From Treponema sp. (GTDB taxonomy: Bacteria > Spirochaetota > Spirochaetia > Treponematales > Breznakiellaceae), in assembly GCA_009777535.1 (NCBI GenBank), contig WRLP01000001.1:47631-111630 (forward strand): a stretch of DNA of 64,000 nucleotides, written 5' to 3'. Under the pieces are notes generated by a model, which was not told where the DNA came from, did no database searches, and worked only from the letters and a program-made list of their open reading frames with translations. How positions within the stretch are numbered: position 1 is the stretch's first letter; each line of letters opens with the position of its first letter. Shown one piece after another: positions 36,643 through 47,180 of the stretch. A program made the position numbers and the translations under genes.

Positions 36643-38000
36643 CGCGTAATTTTTTTATATGGGTATTTGTATTGCCGGCGCTTGTCTTTTCCGCCTGTGC
36701 GGAAAAGGGACACAGCGAAATTGAAGCCAGGAAGGTAAGGGGGGCGGCTGCTGTTATCCGGGAATTGCCGGACGAAGCGGAAGGTTTTGGCACTCTTTCA
36801 TTTCTGGCCAAGGTTGATATTACTTCTTCGCAAGAAGGGGTTATCAGTAAATTGTATTTCCGTGAAGGTGATTATGTCCGGTCCGGGGCACAGGTGCTTT
36901 TGATTGAGAATCCGCAGATTAAACTGGCGGTGGAAAGGGCGGAAAACAATTATTCCCAGGCCCAGGCTGCCTGCGATTTGGCGCGTTCAAGGCTTTTAGA
37001 AGGAAAGTTCATGGCCGAAGCTCAGTTACTCGCAATAGAAAAATCCGAAGCTGAACTGCTTCTTATTAAGAGAAAGTGGGAAGAAGATAAACGCAAGTTT
37101 TTGAATCAGGAGACGCTTTACAATGCCGGAGGGATTAACACCGAAGCAATTCTTGTCAGCCGCTTTAACCTGGATATGGAGTGGGAACAAATTCTGATAA
37201 TGGAAAAGGAGCTGTGTATCCGCATGATTGGCTGCCGCGACCAGGACTTGTTGAGCGCGGGAATTCCCGTTCCGTTAGACGAAAATGAGCGCCGCAGTGC
37301 GCTTGTCTCGCTGATGACACTGAGTCTTACTGCGGAACTAAATGCGTCCATCGCCCGGTTTGAAGCAGCAGAGAAAGAACTTTCTTCCGTCAGAATTGCA
37401 CTGGAAGACTTAAATGTAAGAGCTCCGGCTTCGGGCATTGTGGGAGCGCGCTATTTGGAAGAGGGCGAACGAGTCAAACCCGGGGATAAAATTTTCAGTC
37501 TTATGGACACGGCTTCCCTTTATGCGTTTTTTCCGGTACGCGAAAAAGACGCAATCAGAATAGAAAAGGGAATGGCGGCTTTCGTAAAAATCGACGGAAC
37601 GGGCGAAGTAAGGGAAGGCGTTGTGGACCTGGTTTATCCGCAGGCGGATACCCAAAGTTTAAGTTTTCTTGTGCGGGTGCTGCTCAATGATTCCGGTAAT
37701 GGAGGCGGCACTTCCGCCGGTAACAGGCTAAAGCCGGGAATGTTCGCGCGCAGTTCTGTAACACTTGGCCCGCCGCGCCCGGCGGTTTTTATTCACGAAT
37801 CTGCGGTTTTTAACAAAAAAAACGATGAAGGCAGTGTTTTTGTTGTTAATGGCAGTGTTGCCGGGCAGCGGGCAGTAAAACTGGGGCCTGTTACCGGCGA
37901 AGAGAGAGAAATTATTTCCGGCCTTAATGCCGGTGAAATTGTTATTTTACGGCCGGAATCTGATCTGCGGGAGGGTGCTTATGTGGCGCTGGCTGAATAA
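36639..38000 (+). CDS. Efflux RND periplasmic adaptor (MFP/HlyD family) lipoprotein
   Basis: It has lipobox FSAC, a lipoyl-like motif (GDYVRSGAQVLLIEN), a coiled-coil hairpin and a beta-barrel region. Its start overlaps the upstream stop (ATGA). Confidence 0.8.
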   Translation: MTRNFFIWVFVLPALVFSACAEKGHSEIEARKVRGAAAVIRELPDEAEGFGTLSFLAKVDITSSQEGVISKLYFREGDYVRSGAQVLLIENPQIKLAVERAENNYSQAQAACDLARSRLLEGKFMAEAQLLAIEKSEAELLLIKRKWEEDKRKFLNQETLYNAGGINTEAILVSRFNLDMEWEQILIMEKELCIRMIGCRDQDLLSAGIPVPLDENERRSALVSLMTLSLTAELNASIARFEAAEKELSSVRIALEDLNVRAPASGIVGARYLEEGERVKPGDKIFSLMDTASLYAFFPVREKDAIRIEKGMAAFVKIDGTGEVREGVVDLVYPQADTQSLSFLVRVLLNDSGNGGGTSAGNRLKPGMFARSSVTLGPPRPAVFIHESAVFNKKNDEGSVFVVNGSVAGQRAVKLGPVTGEEREIISGLNAGEIVILRPESDLREGAYVALAE

Positions 38001-39420
38001 TGTGTCTCTTGTGCTGTTATGCGTCATAGCGGTATCCTGCGGATTTGCGGATTTACGCCCCATAGAAATCCGGACTGATCCCTGTGATTACGAGTCTCTG
38101 CTTCCGGACGCTTACACCCCTGTGATGCTTTCCTTTAATACCGGAATGAGAAAGCATGACACCGAAGGGATTATGCAAATCAGCTCCGATGCAGGAGTGG
38201 TAAACGGAGATCGTTACTGGAAGGGGAACGATCTTTACTTCGTACCTGTGCAGGGGTGGACTGCCGGTGCCAGATATACACTGAGCCTTTCCGGAATAGT
38301 CCGCTCGACGGACGGGAGGGAGCTGCGGGTAGAGCGCTTTGTCCCGTTTTTCGCAGTCAATAAAAGTCCGCCGCCGCTGCTGGAATGGTTTAGCCCGGGC
38401 GAAGACGCTTCAGTGGGAACAACGGACACAGTTATGGAATTCAGGTTTTCCAGCCCCATGGAAAGGCTCAGTGTCGAGACAGCCCTGACTGTCGACGGAA
38501 TGGGAAACAAAACATTCGAGTGGCTGTTAGACGATACACATCTGCGTGTTATTCCGGAAAAGAACCTTATCGCATGGACTACGTACCGCTGGACTCTTAA
38601 AGAAAGCGCCAAAAGCAGGGACGGAGTTCCGCTGCCCGGGGCAATTTCTTCCCGGTTTGTAACAAATCTGGATCAGGTGATGCCGCAGGTAACCAGAGCG
38701 TTTCCGGTACTGAATTCCATGGGGCGCTGGCTTCCCACCGGAGCAGAATTATCAACAGGGCTGGGTTCCGGACAGGCCATTGCCGTTGAGTTTAACAAGG
38801 TAATGGACGAGAATGTTCTGCGTTCAATGCGTTTCGAGCCTTCCATTACCGGAAGAACGGAATTGTTATCTGAAAAAACAATTATTTATATATTTAACCG
38901 CAATCCCGAACCAGAAACGGCATATACCCTTGTTGTTTCAGGAGATACAAAAGACAGCGAGGGCCTGAAAATCGGAGAAGACTACAGAATCAGTTTTATT
39001 CCCGATATTCCATTTTTGAAAATTCTATCGTTTAACGCTGACAATGCTCCCTCACTTATGAATTTTGGTCCAAGCGGCGATATGGGCGCCCTGGAAGTTC
39101 CGGTCGATCCGGCATTCGGAGAGTTTTCGTTTACCATTCGTTTTTCGGCACCCTTCGGTAATGAAGAAAAACAGAATGCCGCGTTAAAGATTTTTCTTTT
39201 TCCCTTTTTCCCGAAAAATCTGCCTCCCATTGCCCTGCGTTCGGCCAACTGGATTTCCAGCGATCGTTTGCGCATGACATGGGAGGGCCTTAGGGCGGGA
39301 AGCAGCGGCGAACCCAATTATTACAAGCTGCTTATTCCCGGCGGGAAGGGAGGAATAGAAAACGGACAGGGAATGTATTTAAGGGAAGATCAATTTCTTT
39401 TTTTGGAGGCAATAAAATGA
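37981..39420 (+). CDS. Ig-like (SbsA/Big_5-type) repeat lipoprotein
   Basis: It has lipobox AVSC. There are repeated ~100-aa modules ending in motifs such as YTLSLSGIVRSTDGREL, YRWTLKESAKSRDGVPL and YTLVVSGDTKDSEGLKI. Confidence 0.65.
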   Translation: MWRWLNNVSLVLLCVIAVSCGFADLRPIEIRTDPCDYESLLPDAYTPVMLSFNTGMRKHDTEGIMQISSDAGVVNGDRYWKGNDLYFVPVQGWTAGARYTLSLSGIVRSTDGRELRVERFVPFFAVNKSPPPLLEWFSPGEDASVGTTDTVMEFRFSSPMERLSVETALTVDGMGNKTFEWLLDDTHLRVIPEKNLIAWTTYRWTLKESAKSRDGVPLPGAISSRFVTNLDQVMPQVTRAFPVLNSMGRWLPTGAELSTGLGSGQAIAVEFNKVMDENVLRSMRFEPSITGRTELLSEKTIIYIFNRNPEPETAYTLVVSGDTKDSEGLKIGEDYRISFIPDIPFLKILSFNADNAPSLMNFGPSGDMGALEVPVDPAFGEFSFTIRFSAPFGNEEKQNAALKIFLFPFFPKNLPPIALRSANWISSDRLRMTWEGLRAGSSGEPNYYKLLIPGGKGGIENGQGMYLREDQFLFLEAIK

Positions 39421-40991
39421 ATCCCGTGATGAATAACTGCTCTGTTAGAGATACGGATATAAAAATCATAATGGTTTTTATTCTGTTGTTTATTCCTTTA
39501 TATTTCAGCTCCTGCGATATACTAAGATCTTCTCCTTTCGAGGTTTTAAGATGGAGCCCCGGTGAGCATTATCATGCTGATCCGCACGAGATTGCGGTGT
39601 CACTGAGTTTTTCCCACGAGCCTGACCGACAGAGTGTTGAGCGTCATTTTTCCATGAGCGAAGATAACGGCAGTGTAAAAGGGGTTTTTCTCTGGGAAGG
39701 AAAAAAGATGCTATTTATTCCACTGGCGCCGCTGGAAAAAAACCGTGATTTTATTTTAACCCTTTCTGCCGAGGCAAAAAGCACCGCGGGCCTGTCCATG
39801 GATAAGGGCTTTACCGGCTGTTTCACTACCCGGCCTGCATCGCTTCGCCCGTTTTTGGTTTCATTTTATCCCGGAATGAACGAAGAAATAGATGATACAA
39901 GGGTAGAGGTGAACCTGATTTTTTCAGTTCCTGTTTCTCACGGCTCGTTATACGACAATGTTTCATTTGTTCCGGCGAAAAACGGCTCATGGCGGCTGGA
40001 AGACGGCGGGCATAGGGCAATTTTTACTCCTTTTGAACCCTGGGCACAGCATAGGCGCCATGAGCTGCATGTTTCTGCATCATTGGCTGAAATTTACGGA
40101 ATGTCCATGGGAAAGGATTTTATAAGCACATTTGTTACCGGTACCGACCACGAGGATCCTGTTCTTGTTGAAGCATGGCGCCTAACCAGCGGCAATTCTT
40201 CCGTACTTCTGGAAGCCGGAACTGCCGGCATCCTGGGCGGCAGCGGAACGTTGATCGAAAACAGGGGCTGGGAAAAGAACGATCGGCTTCTTTTAAAGTT
40301 CTCAAAGCCGGTAGACAGCCTCTCGGTGAACAGCTGCCTGAGCGCAGAAGGGGCGGCGGGACTTGTCATGGATACAGCGCCGCTTTTCAATAAGGATTTT
40401 ATATTCAGCTTCGAAACAATACCGGTTTATGAAAGCCGCTTTACGATCAGACTTAAAGAGGGAGTTAAGGATTTTGCCGGCAATGAGAGCGAGGATGAAT
40501 ACGTCTTTAGAATTTATGCAAATGGCAGCCAGTCAATGCCGCCGGTACTTGCGGGGATAAGGCTTCCAATGGCACCGGGCAGTTTAACAGATCCTGATCT
40601 TGTAAGTTTTGATGTTAATTCACTTTTTGAACACCTTCCCGTGGCAGATGGAGTAAATAATTTTCCTTCCGGCGAAGAGGTCAGAACCTGGATTGAGTTT
40701 TATTTTTTTACGGCGCCGGGAGCTTCCATTGATCAGTTTTCATTCATGGAATTGTTCCGCATCGACACAAGCAACAATGTTCTTGCCTTTTCACCTCGCC
40801 AGGTAAAGACCGGCGGTTTTTCTGTTTCTCAGCCGGCAGGTGAATGGCAGAATCTTGTGCGCATTGAACTAACGGGAATTCTTGTCAATTCAACGAATTT
40901 CGGAGTTGTTAACTTCCATATCCAATCCGGATTAAAAGACAGTTATGGAAATAAAAATGAAAAAACATTTATTGTTTCCCTTTTAAAGTAG
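39417..40991 (+). CDS. Ig-like repeat lipoprotein (paralogous architecture to the preceding gene)
   Basis: It has lipobox FSSC and modules such as FILTLSAEAKSTAGLSM and FTIRLKEGVKDFAGNES. Its start overlaps the upstream stop (ATGA). Confidence 0.65.
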   Translation: MNPVMNNCSVRDTDIKIIMVFILLFIPLYFSSCDILRSSPFEVLRWSPGEHYHADPHEIAVSLSFSHEPDRQSVERHFSMSEDNGSVKGVFLWEGKKMLFIPLAPLEKNRDFILTLSAEAKSTAGLSMDKGFTGCFTTRPASLRPFLVSFYPGMNEEIDDTRVEVNLIFSVPVSHGSLYDNVSFVPAKNGSWRLEDGGHRAIFTPFEPWAQHRRHELHVSASLAEIYGMSMGKDFISTFVTGTDHEDPVLVEAWRLTSGNSSVLLEAGTAGILGGSGTLIENRGWEKNDRLLLKFSKPVDSLSVNSCLSAEGAAGLVMDTAPLFNKDFIFSFETIPVYESRFTIRLKEGVKDFAGNESEDEYVFRIYANGSQSMPPVLAGIRLPMAPGSLTDPDLVSFDVNSLFEHLPVADGVNNFPSGEEVRTWIEFYFFTAPGASIDQFSFMELFRIDTSNNVLAFSPRQVKTGGFSVSQPAGEWQNLVRIELTGILVNSTNFGVVNFHIQSGLKDSYGNKNEKTFIVSLLK

Positions 40992-40998
40992 GAAAATT

Positions 40999-43900
40999 AT
41001 GCATGGATTGATCAACCTTTTTGTCCGCCGTCCGGTAACAGTAATCATGATTTTATCTGCTCTGCTTATAGCTGCAGGTTTTTCTGTTTCAAAACTTCCT
41101 CTGGATAAATTGCCCGAATTTTCTGTTCCACGGGTAAACGTGGAAACAGTTTATTCCGGCATGGCGGCAGGCGACATTAGAGCCCTGGTAACCATTCCCG
41201 TGGAAGATGCACTGTCTCCCGTTAAGGGACTGCAGCGGATACGCAGTATTTCGCGTGATAATTATTCCCTTATCAGCATGGACTTCCGCTGGGGAACGGA
41301 TCCAATGACTGCGGCCGTCCTTGTTCGTGAGGCAATCGACGCTGTTTATCCGGGACTTCCGGAAGGTGTTCACAAGCCAATTGTAACTTCCGCAGAAGCA
41401 AACAATGAACCCCATGCCATTGTGTCGGTATATTCGCGTAACAATGGCGGAAGTTTTGCAAGGAACCTTGCTGAATATGAACTAAGGACAAGGCTTAGAA
41501 GAATAGACGGGGCCTCCTCGGTAATTCTTGTCGGAGGTGAAGTTGCCGAGGAACAGCTTCAGCTTGATGTTTCCAGACTTGCCGCTCTGGGCTTAAGTCC
41601 GCAGGAGTTTACCAGGCTGCTTTCTCAGGAAGCTGCCGACATTCCTGCCGGAACTGCACGCGAAGGAAAAACCGAATTGATAGTTGTCAGTTCCGGCAGG
41701 CCGGATTCGGTTTCTGAACTTCGTTCAATGATCCTCCCGCTGGGCGCCGGGACATTAAAGGCAGGTGATGCGGGTTCGTTCATAACTGCCGCCGGCCGCA
41801 GAGACAGTATTTTTGTGCATAACGGCATCGAGGCGGCCGCTCTGGAAATATACCGCAGACCCGGCGCAGATCCGGTTCGGCTTTCCAGAGAAATACAAAA
41901 AGTTGTTAAGGAAAGTAACTCGCTTTTTTCCAGAGACGCTGATGTTCAACTGGTTTACGATTCTACACCTTCCCTGACAGCCGGCATTAAAGGCCTTTTA
42001 ATCTCTGCCGGCCTGGGTGCGGCGGCGGTTATATTTGTATTGATTATCTTTATTCGCCGTGTTCTGTACAGTCTGCTTGTGGCTTTTTCTATTCCCGTGT
42101 CCGCCGCCGCCGGTATTTGCGTTCTTTTTATTCTTGGGAAGTCTCTCAACGGCATGAGCCTGGGGGGCCTTGCCCTTGGCATTGGGCTTGTTTCCGATGT
42201 CAGCGTAATTGTATTGGACTTGCTCTGCAGCTCTTTTGATAATAAAAACAATAGGCCCGAACCGCAGGAAATAAGCAAAATAACCGCTACAATTGCCGGA
42301 TCCAGTTTTGCATCTACCATGACTACAATTCTGGTTTTTGCGCCGATTATTTTTCTTCCCGGTCCATTGGGCAGCCTGTTCGGTGATATTGCAATTACCC
42401 TTGTTGTGTCGGTTTTTACAGGCTGGCTTTATGCCCAGTTCTGTCTGCCCTCACTGTACCGTATGTTTTTTAAATATGGAATGACAGCTAATATTCAAAA
42501 ACCAATCAAATTAAAATATCTATCAATGCTTAACAATATCAATCCTGAAAAAAAATACCGCAGTATCCTTATTCACTCTTTGCGCCGGCCGGTAAAAATT
42601 TTTACTGTTGCTGCCCTAGCCAGCGCCATTGGCGCCCTGATACTTTTGCTGCAGCCTGTAACATTTATCAGGGCGGACGAAGCAGAAGAAGTGCGGATTT
42701 CCGCTGTTTTCCCTTCGGGAACTCTGCCGGAAGCGATGAGTAACGCAGGAACGGAAATATCCCGTATTGTATCAGGGCTGCCAATGGTGGAAACAGTTTT
42801 CGGAAGGGCCGGCGCGGAAAATGAAGATGTCGGCCGCAGGGCGGAAATTGACTATAGGAGGGAGGAGCTTATTTTAAGCTGTACTTTGAAGAGAGGAGCC
42901 AGGCCGGCAGAAGCCGTAACACAGATAAATTCAGCGCTCGAACAGTTTTTTGATCGTGAATTCAGCTATTATGTGCATCTGCCCAGGGATAGAACTGAAG
43001 TCTTATTGGGATTGTCTTCACATAACAGTTTTGTTGTCAGCGGAAAAGACAGGGAAGAGGCGCTGGATCGCTGTGCGCTTGTGGAAAATTTTTTTAACAC
43101 TGCGGCGGTTCCTGCGTTAATAAAGTCCGGCGGCCAAAGACCCGAGCTTAGAATGTATCCAAACAGGGAAGCGGCAGCCTATCTTGCCCTGCCCGCCATT
43201 AACATAGCGGAAACCCTTTATACCCTGAATGAAGGAGTCGTGGCTGTTACTCTGGAGATTGAAGGCAGGCCGCTTGATGTGCGTGTAACAGGGGCAGGTG
43301 CGGACAACTCGGCCGAAGAGATAAGTTTTCTGGAAAATATTCCGCTGAAAACACCGGAGGGAAAAACAGTCTTTCTCGGATCGGTAGGCAGGGTAGAGCG
43401 CAGGGAAACCGAGGCAGCCCTTGCCCGCCTTGATCGCAGCGACGTTGTCTATATGGATATTGCCGCAGCGGCAGGAAAAACAGCCGTAAAGTTAATAAAG
43501 GAAATTACCTCCCGCCATTCATGGTTTTCCGGAGCTGATGAATCGGTTTTCAGCCTTTACCGTAACTCACTGATTGTTTTTGTGCTTTTGGTACTTATCC
43601 TTCTTTACATGGCGATGGGCGCCCAGTTTGAATCTTTCTTACTGCCGGTAATTCTTATGATGAGTATTCCGCTTTCCCTTTCCGGCGCGGGCCCCGCTCT
43701 TTTAATATCCGGCGCCGGAGTTGATTCCGGCGCTGTTATGGGGCTGGCCGCGCTTTTCGGCCTGGTAGTGAATAACAGCCTGGTTCTTTTTGAAATAAGC
43801 GAAGAAAAAATAAACCAGGGCGTTCCGGTATCCGGCGCCGTATACACCGGCGCCTGTGAAAGACTGCGCGCGGTACTGATTACGGCGTTAACCACGGTTT

Positions 43901-44082
43901 TCGCATTGTTGCCGCTGGTCATAAGGCCGCTTATGAATTCACAGAAATCAATGGCGGCGGCAATGATGGGAGGGCTTGCCGCATCGACTATCCTTAGTCT
44001 TTTTGTTATTCCGCCGGTTTTAATACGGTTTTTTAAATGGAGATTCCGTAAGGGCGAAAATTTCCCAGGAGGGAGCAGATGA
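40999..44082 (+). CDS. RND-superfamily efflux transporter permease (AcrB-like), divergent
   Basis: 1,027 aa with the 12-TM, two-large-loop pattern. N-terminus FVRRPVTVIMI...; TM4 region GIGLVSDVSVIV. Confidence 0.85.
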   Translation: MHGLINLFVRRPVTVIMILSALLIAAGFSVSKLPLDKLPEFSVPRVNVETVYSGMAAGDIRALVTIPVEDALSPVKGLQRIRSISRDNYSLISMDFRWGTDPMTAAVLVREAIDAVYPGLPEGVHKPIVTSAEANNEPHAIVSVYSRNNGGSFARNLAEYELRTRLRRIDGASSVILVGGEVAEEQLQLDVSRLAALGLSPQEFTRLLSQEAADIPAGTAREGKTELIVVSSGRPDSVSELRSMILPLGAGTLKAGDAGSFITAAGRRDSIFVHNGIEAAALEIYRRPGADPVRLSREIQKVVKESNSLFSRDADVQLVYDSTPSLTAGIKGLLISAGLGAAAVIFVLIIFIRRVLYSLLVAFSIPVSAAAGICVLFILGKSLNGMSLGGLALGIGLVSDVSVIVLDLLCSSFDNKNNRPEPQEISKITATIAGSSFASTMTTILVFAPIIFLPGPLGSLFGDIAITLVVSVFTGWLYAQFCLPSLYRMFFKYGMTANIQKPIKLKYLSMLNNINPEKKYRSILIHSLRRPVKIFTVAALASAIGALILLLQPVTFIRADEAEEVRISAVFPSGTLPEAMSNAGTEISRIVSGLPMVETVFGRAGAENEDVGRRAEIDYRREELILSCTLKRGARPAEAVTQINSALEQFFDREFSYYVHLPRDRTEVLLGLSSHNSFVVSGKDREEALDRCALVENFFNTAAVPALIKSGGQRPELRMYPNREAAAYLALPAINIAETLYTLNEGVVAVTLEIEGRPLDVRVTGAGADNSAEEISFLENIPLKTPEGKTVFLGSVGRVERRETEAALARLDRSDVVYMDIAAAAGKTAVKLIKEITSRHSWFSGADESVFSLYRNSLIVFVLLVLILLYMAMGAQFESFLLPVILMMSIPLSLSGAGPALLISGAGVDSGAVMGLAALFGLVVNNSLVLFEISEEKINQGVPVSGAVYTGACERLRAVLITALTTVFALLPLVIRPLMNSQKSMAAAMMGGLAASTILSLFVIPPVLIRFFKWRFRKGENFPGGSR

Positions 44083-47000
44083 CGCATTTTTCTTCCTGGC
44101 TTGGCAGAAAAAAAATGAGCCTTTGCATTCTGGCCGGCATTTGTTCCGTATCGTTATGCGTCATTATTGCTTCCGGTGAAAAAACTGATTATAACGCCGG
44201 AAGTTCTTTTGTTGTAAAAATAAAACATTACGGGCTTAATGCCGCTGAAATTGAGCGGAGCATCAGCATTCCCCTGGAAGATTCGCTTTCGGCAATTGCC
44301 GGTGTGCAGACTGTTCAGAGTTCCAGCGAAAACAATAATTCCAGGGTTTTTATCCGCTTTGATAAGAGGGGAAGAGGAAGATATGAAGCTGTCCGTGACG
44401 CCGTCCAAAGGGTATATGAATCCCTGCCTTCTTCCGTGCAGCGGCCGGAAATCTTAAGTTCAGGTAATTCCAGAATTCCGGTCTGGTCTGCCGCAGTGCT
44501 ATTTCAGGATGGCGATGATGACAGCAATGCTGCCAGGGTAATGGAAAGGATAATAAAGCCAAGACTCGAAAGCATTGAAGGAGCAGGCGAGGTTTTTGTA
44601 TCGGGAACAGGCCTAAAGGAAATAGAAATAATTCTGGATCAGGAAAAACTTGCCGCGCTGGGGCTTGACCAGGCCGCTGTAGCCGCTGCGCTGGCTATGA
44701 ACGATGCGCTGTTTTCGGGCGGAGTCCTTGTGCGGCAGGGCAGGGAAATAATCGTTACAGTAGACGGGCGTTATGATACATTTGCATCCTTTGACGGCCT
44801 TGCCAAAGCGCTGATTCCGCTGGGAGGGGGAAGGGCGGCGGCGCTTTCAGAAATTGCCATGATAGCCGAGCAGGAAAGAATGCCGGAAACTCTTTCCAGG
44901 TTAAATGGAAAAAAGGCCGTTGTAATTTCCATTATGGGAAACCATGACGCGGACTTGCGCAGGCTTTCTAAAAACATAAAAAAAGAACTTGCCGCCCTGC
45001 CCACCGGCGTAGAATTCATTGTTCTTTCCGATTTGGGAGCCGAGGAAGCGGCTGCGTTCCGTTCGGTCTTTAACGCCGCACTGTTGGGCGCATTTCTTGT
45101 AGCCATGATCAGTTTTTTCCTTAACAGAAAAAAAGCGGGTAACACGGCTCTTGCGTTTAACCATGCCGGTTTTTTCTGCGCCCTGATCGTTCCGTCAATT
45201 TGCCTTATATCAACTGCCCTGTTGTCAATCTGCGGCTTTCCTGCAAATCGTTTGGTACTGGCGGGAATAGCAGCCGGAGTCGGCACGGCAGTTGATTCGG
45301 TAATACTCTGCACCGAAAAACTGCGCAAGTGCAGGTCTTACCGGGATGCGTCCGGCTGTCTTGCTGAACTGCGCTCTCCACTGATCGCAGGGGCAATGAC
45401 CACTGTAATCGTTCTGCTTCCGCTATCGGCAATTGACGGAACAGGAGTAATCGCTTTTGCCATTGCGGCGGTTACACTAACGGCCCTTGTAATTAGTCTT
45501 ACTCTTCTGCCCCCATTGCTTCTCTGGGGCATGGGCTCCGCTAAATCAAGTTACTGCATATCAAAGCAAAATACCCGGTTGTCCGGCCGTGTTTACCGGC
45601 GCTTTTTAAGAATTTTATGCAGATTTATAGCTGCAGAAATCAGGCTGTGCGTGCGTTATCCGATACGGGTATTGCTTTCTGCATTTTTGCTTGCCGCTTC
45701 GGCGGTAGTTATGTTTTTCGTTAAAGGTGTGGATACCGGCAGCTATGGTTCCGGAAACTCGGTCTATGCCCAGGTTGAATTTGAAGGAGGCCTGCTTGCC
45801 GAAGAAGCGGATCGCATACTTGCGGATTACGGTGGTAGACTGGCAGCCCAAAAAGGAATTAAAAATGTTGAAACCAGCGCAAGGACAGGCTCGGGATCAG
45901 TTTTAATATCCTTCGATCCCAGGATCTTAAAGGCGCATGATGTCCGTGAACTCGCCGGAAGTATTCCCGTTTTTGACGGCTTTATATTTTTTCCCGAAAA
46001 TTCCGCAAAAGACCGGCACTGGGAGATCAGGGTTTCAGGGGACGAGGAGCAAAAATGCAGAGAGCTTGCAGAAGAACTCGCGCACCTCAGCACCGGCCTA
46101 AAGCTGATTCGGGGGCAGGTTCTTAACTTTAAGAGCGGAAGTAAAAAGCTGCTTCTTTCGCCCGATCGGGAAATGTTAGCGGCGGCGGGGATTGTTTTTT
46201 CCAGTGCTGCCGGCAATCTTCGCATGGGCGTGCATGGGCCTGTTGTATATAAAAGGGTGAATTCTGAAGGTGAAGTTGATGTCCGCCTTAGAACAGGCGG
46301 CTGCGATTATTTTGATAAAATGGCCGGCGTTATGCGCATGCAAACAAGAGATGATGCTCTTGGCTCTCTTGTTTTTAATGCAAACAGCGAAACCAATGCC
46401 GCATATCAGATTAAAACACTGATGAAAACAAGGGAAGAAGTTGAAAGCGCGAGCATTAGGAGGGTCGACCGACGCCGGACAGCTTCCATTACCGTAACCA
46501 CATCTCCAATGGATCCCAGGCGTGTAAAACAATCTCTTGGCGATCTTTATAAATACCTGGAACTGCCACCCGGATACTCTATTGTATTCGACCAGCAGGC
46601 AATCAGCCAGGCAGAGGCATTGACAGGAACTGTCCTTTCACTTGTGTTGGCTGTTGTTTTTTGCTATATGGTTATTGCAGCAATTAACGAATCGTTTGTT
46701 GTTCCGCTAATCGTGCTTTCCGCGATTCCGCCCTCGCTTGCGGTTCCGGGCATCTGCATTGTTCTGACAGGCGGAGCCTTCAGTCTTCCAGCGGCCTGCG
46801 CCTTTATTGCCGTCAGCGGCATGACAGTTAACGCCGCGGTGCTTTGCATCGACGGAATAAGGTCGGTGGTTTGCCAGGACAATTCTGAAGTCTGCGTGGG
46901 TTTTTATCGCGTTATTCGCCAGAAAATGCCCGCCCTGTTGGCTACAACCGGTACAACAATTGCCGGAGCGCTGCCCTTCCTGTTCCTTAGTGAAGATTCC

Positions 47001-47180
47001 AACACACTGATAAGAACCCTTTCGTTGGTGGGGGCGCTTGGTGTAGCAAGCTCATGTTTTTGCGCAATTAGCATTGTTCCCGCGTTTTCTTTGATGCTAA
47101 GGAAATACTTAAAACCTGTTTTACAAAAAAATATTCCGCTTGTGCGGAAGAAAAAATTATTTTCGGAATGTTTAATATGA
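44079..47180 (+). CDS. RND-superfamily efflux transporter permease (AcrB-like), second paralogue
   Basis: 1,033 aa with AcrB-like topology. TM4 region GVGTAVDSVILCTE. Its start overlaps the upstream stop (ATGA). Confidence 0.85.
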   Translation: MTHFSSWLGRKKMSLCILAGICSVSLCVIIASGEKTDYNAGSSFVVKIKHYGLNAAEIERSISIPLEDSLSAIAGVQTVQSSSENNNSRVFIRFDKRGRGRYEAVRDAVQRVYESLPSSVQRPEILSSGNSRIPVWSAAVLFQDGDDDSNAARVMERIIKPRLESIEGAGEVFVSGTGLKEIEIILDQEKLAALGLDQAAVAAALAMNDALFSGGVLVRQGREIIVTVDGRYDTFASFDGLAKALIPLGGGRAAALSEIAMIAEQERMPETLSRLNGKKAVVISIMGNHDADLRRLSKNIKKELAALPTGVEFIVLSDLGAEEAAAFRSVFNAALLGAFLVAMISFFLNRKKAGNTALAFNHAGFFCALIVPSICLISTALLSICGFPANRLVLAGIAAGVGTAVDSVILCTEKLRKCRSYRDASGCLAELRSPLIAGAMTTVIVLLPLSAIDGTGVIAFAIAAVTLTALVISLTLLPPLLLWGMGSAKSSYCISKQNTRLSGRVYRRFLRILCRFIAAEIRLCVRYPIRVLLSAFLLAASAVVMFFVKGVDTGSYGSGNSVYAQVEFEGGLLAEEADRILADYGGRLAAQKGIKNVETSARTGSGSVLISFDPRILKAHDVRELAGSIPVFDGFIFFPENSAKDRHWEIRVSGDEEQKCRELAEELAHLSTGLKLIRGQVLNFKSGSKKLLLSPDREMLAAAGIVFSSAAGNLRMGVHGPVVYKRVNSEGEVDVRLRTGGCDYFDKMAGVMRMQTRDDALGSLVFNANSETNAAYQIKTLMKTREEVESASIRRVDRRRTASITVTTSPMDPRRVKQSLGDLYKYLELPPGYSIVFDQQAISQAEALTGTVLSLVLAVVFCYMVIAAINESFVVPLIVLSAIPPSLAVPGICIVLTGGAFSLPAACAFIAVSGMTVNAAVLCIDGIRSVVCQDNSEVCVGFYRVIRQKMPALLATTGTTIAGALPFLFLSEDSNTLIRTLSLVGALGVASSCFCAISIVPAFSLMLRKYLKPVLQKNIPLVRKKKLFSECLI

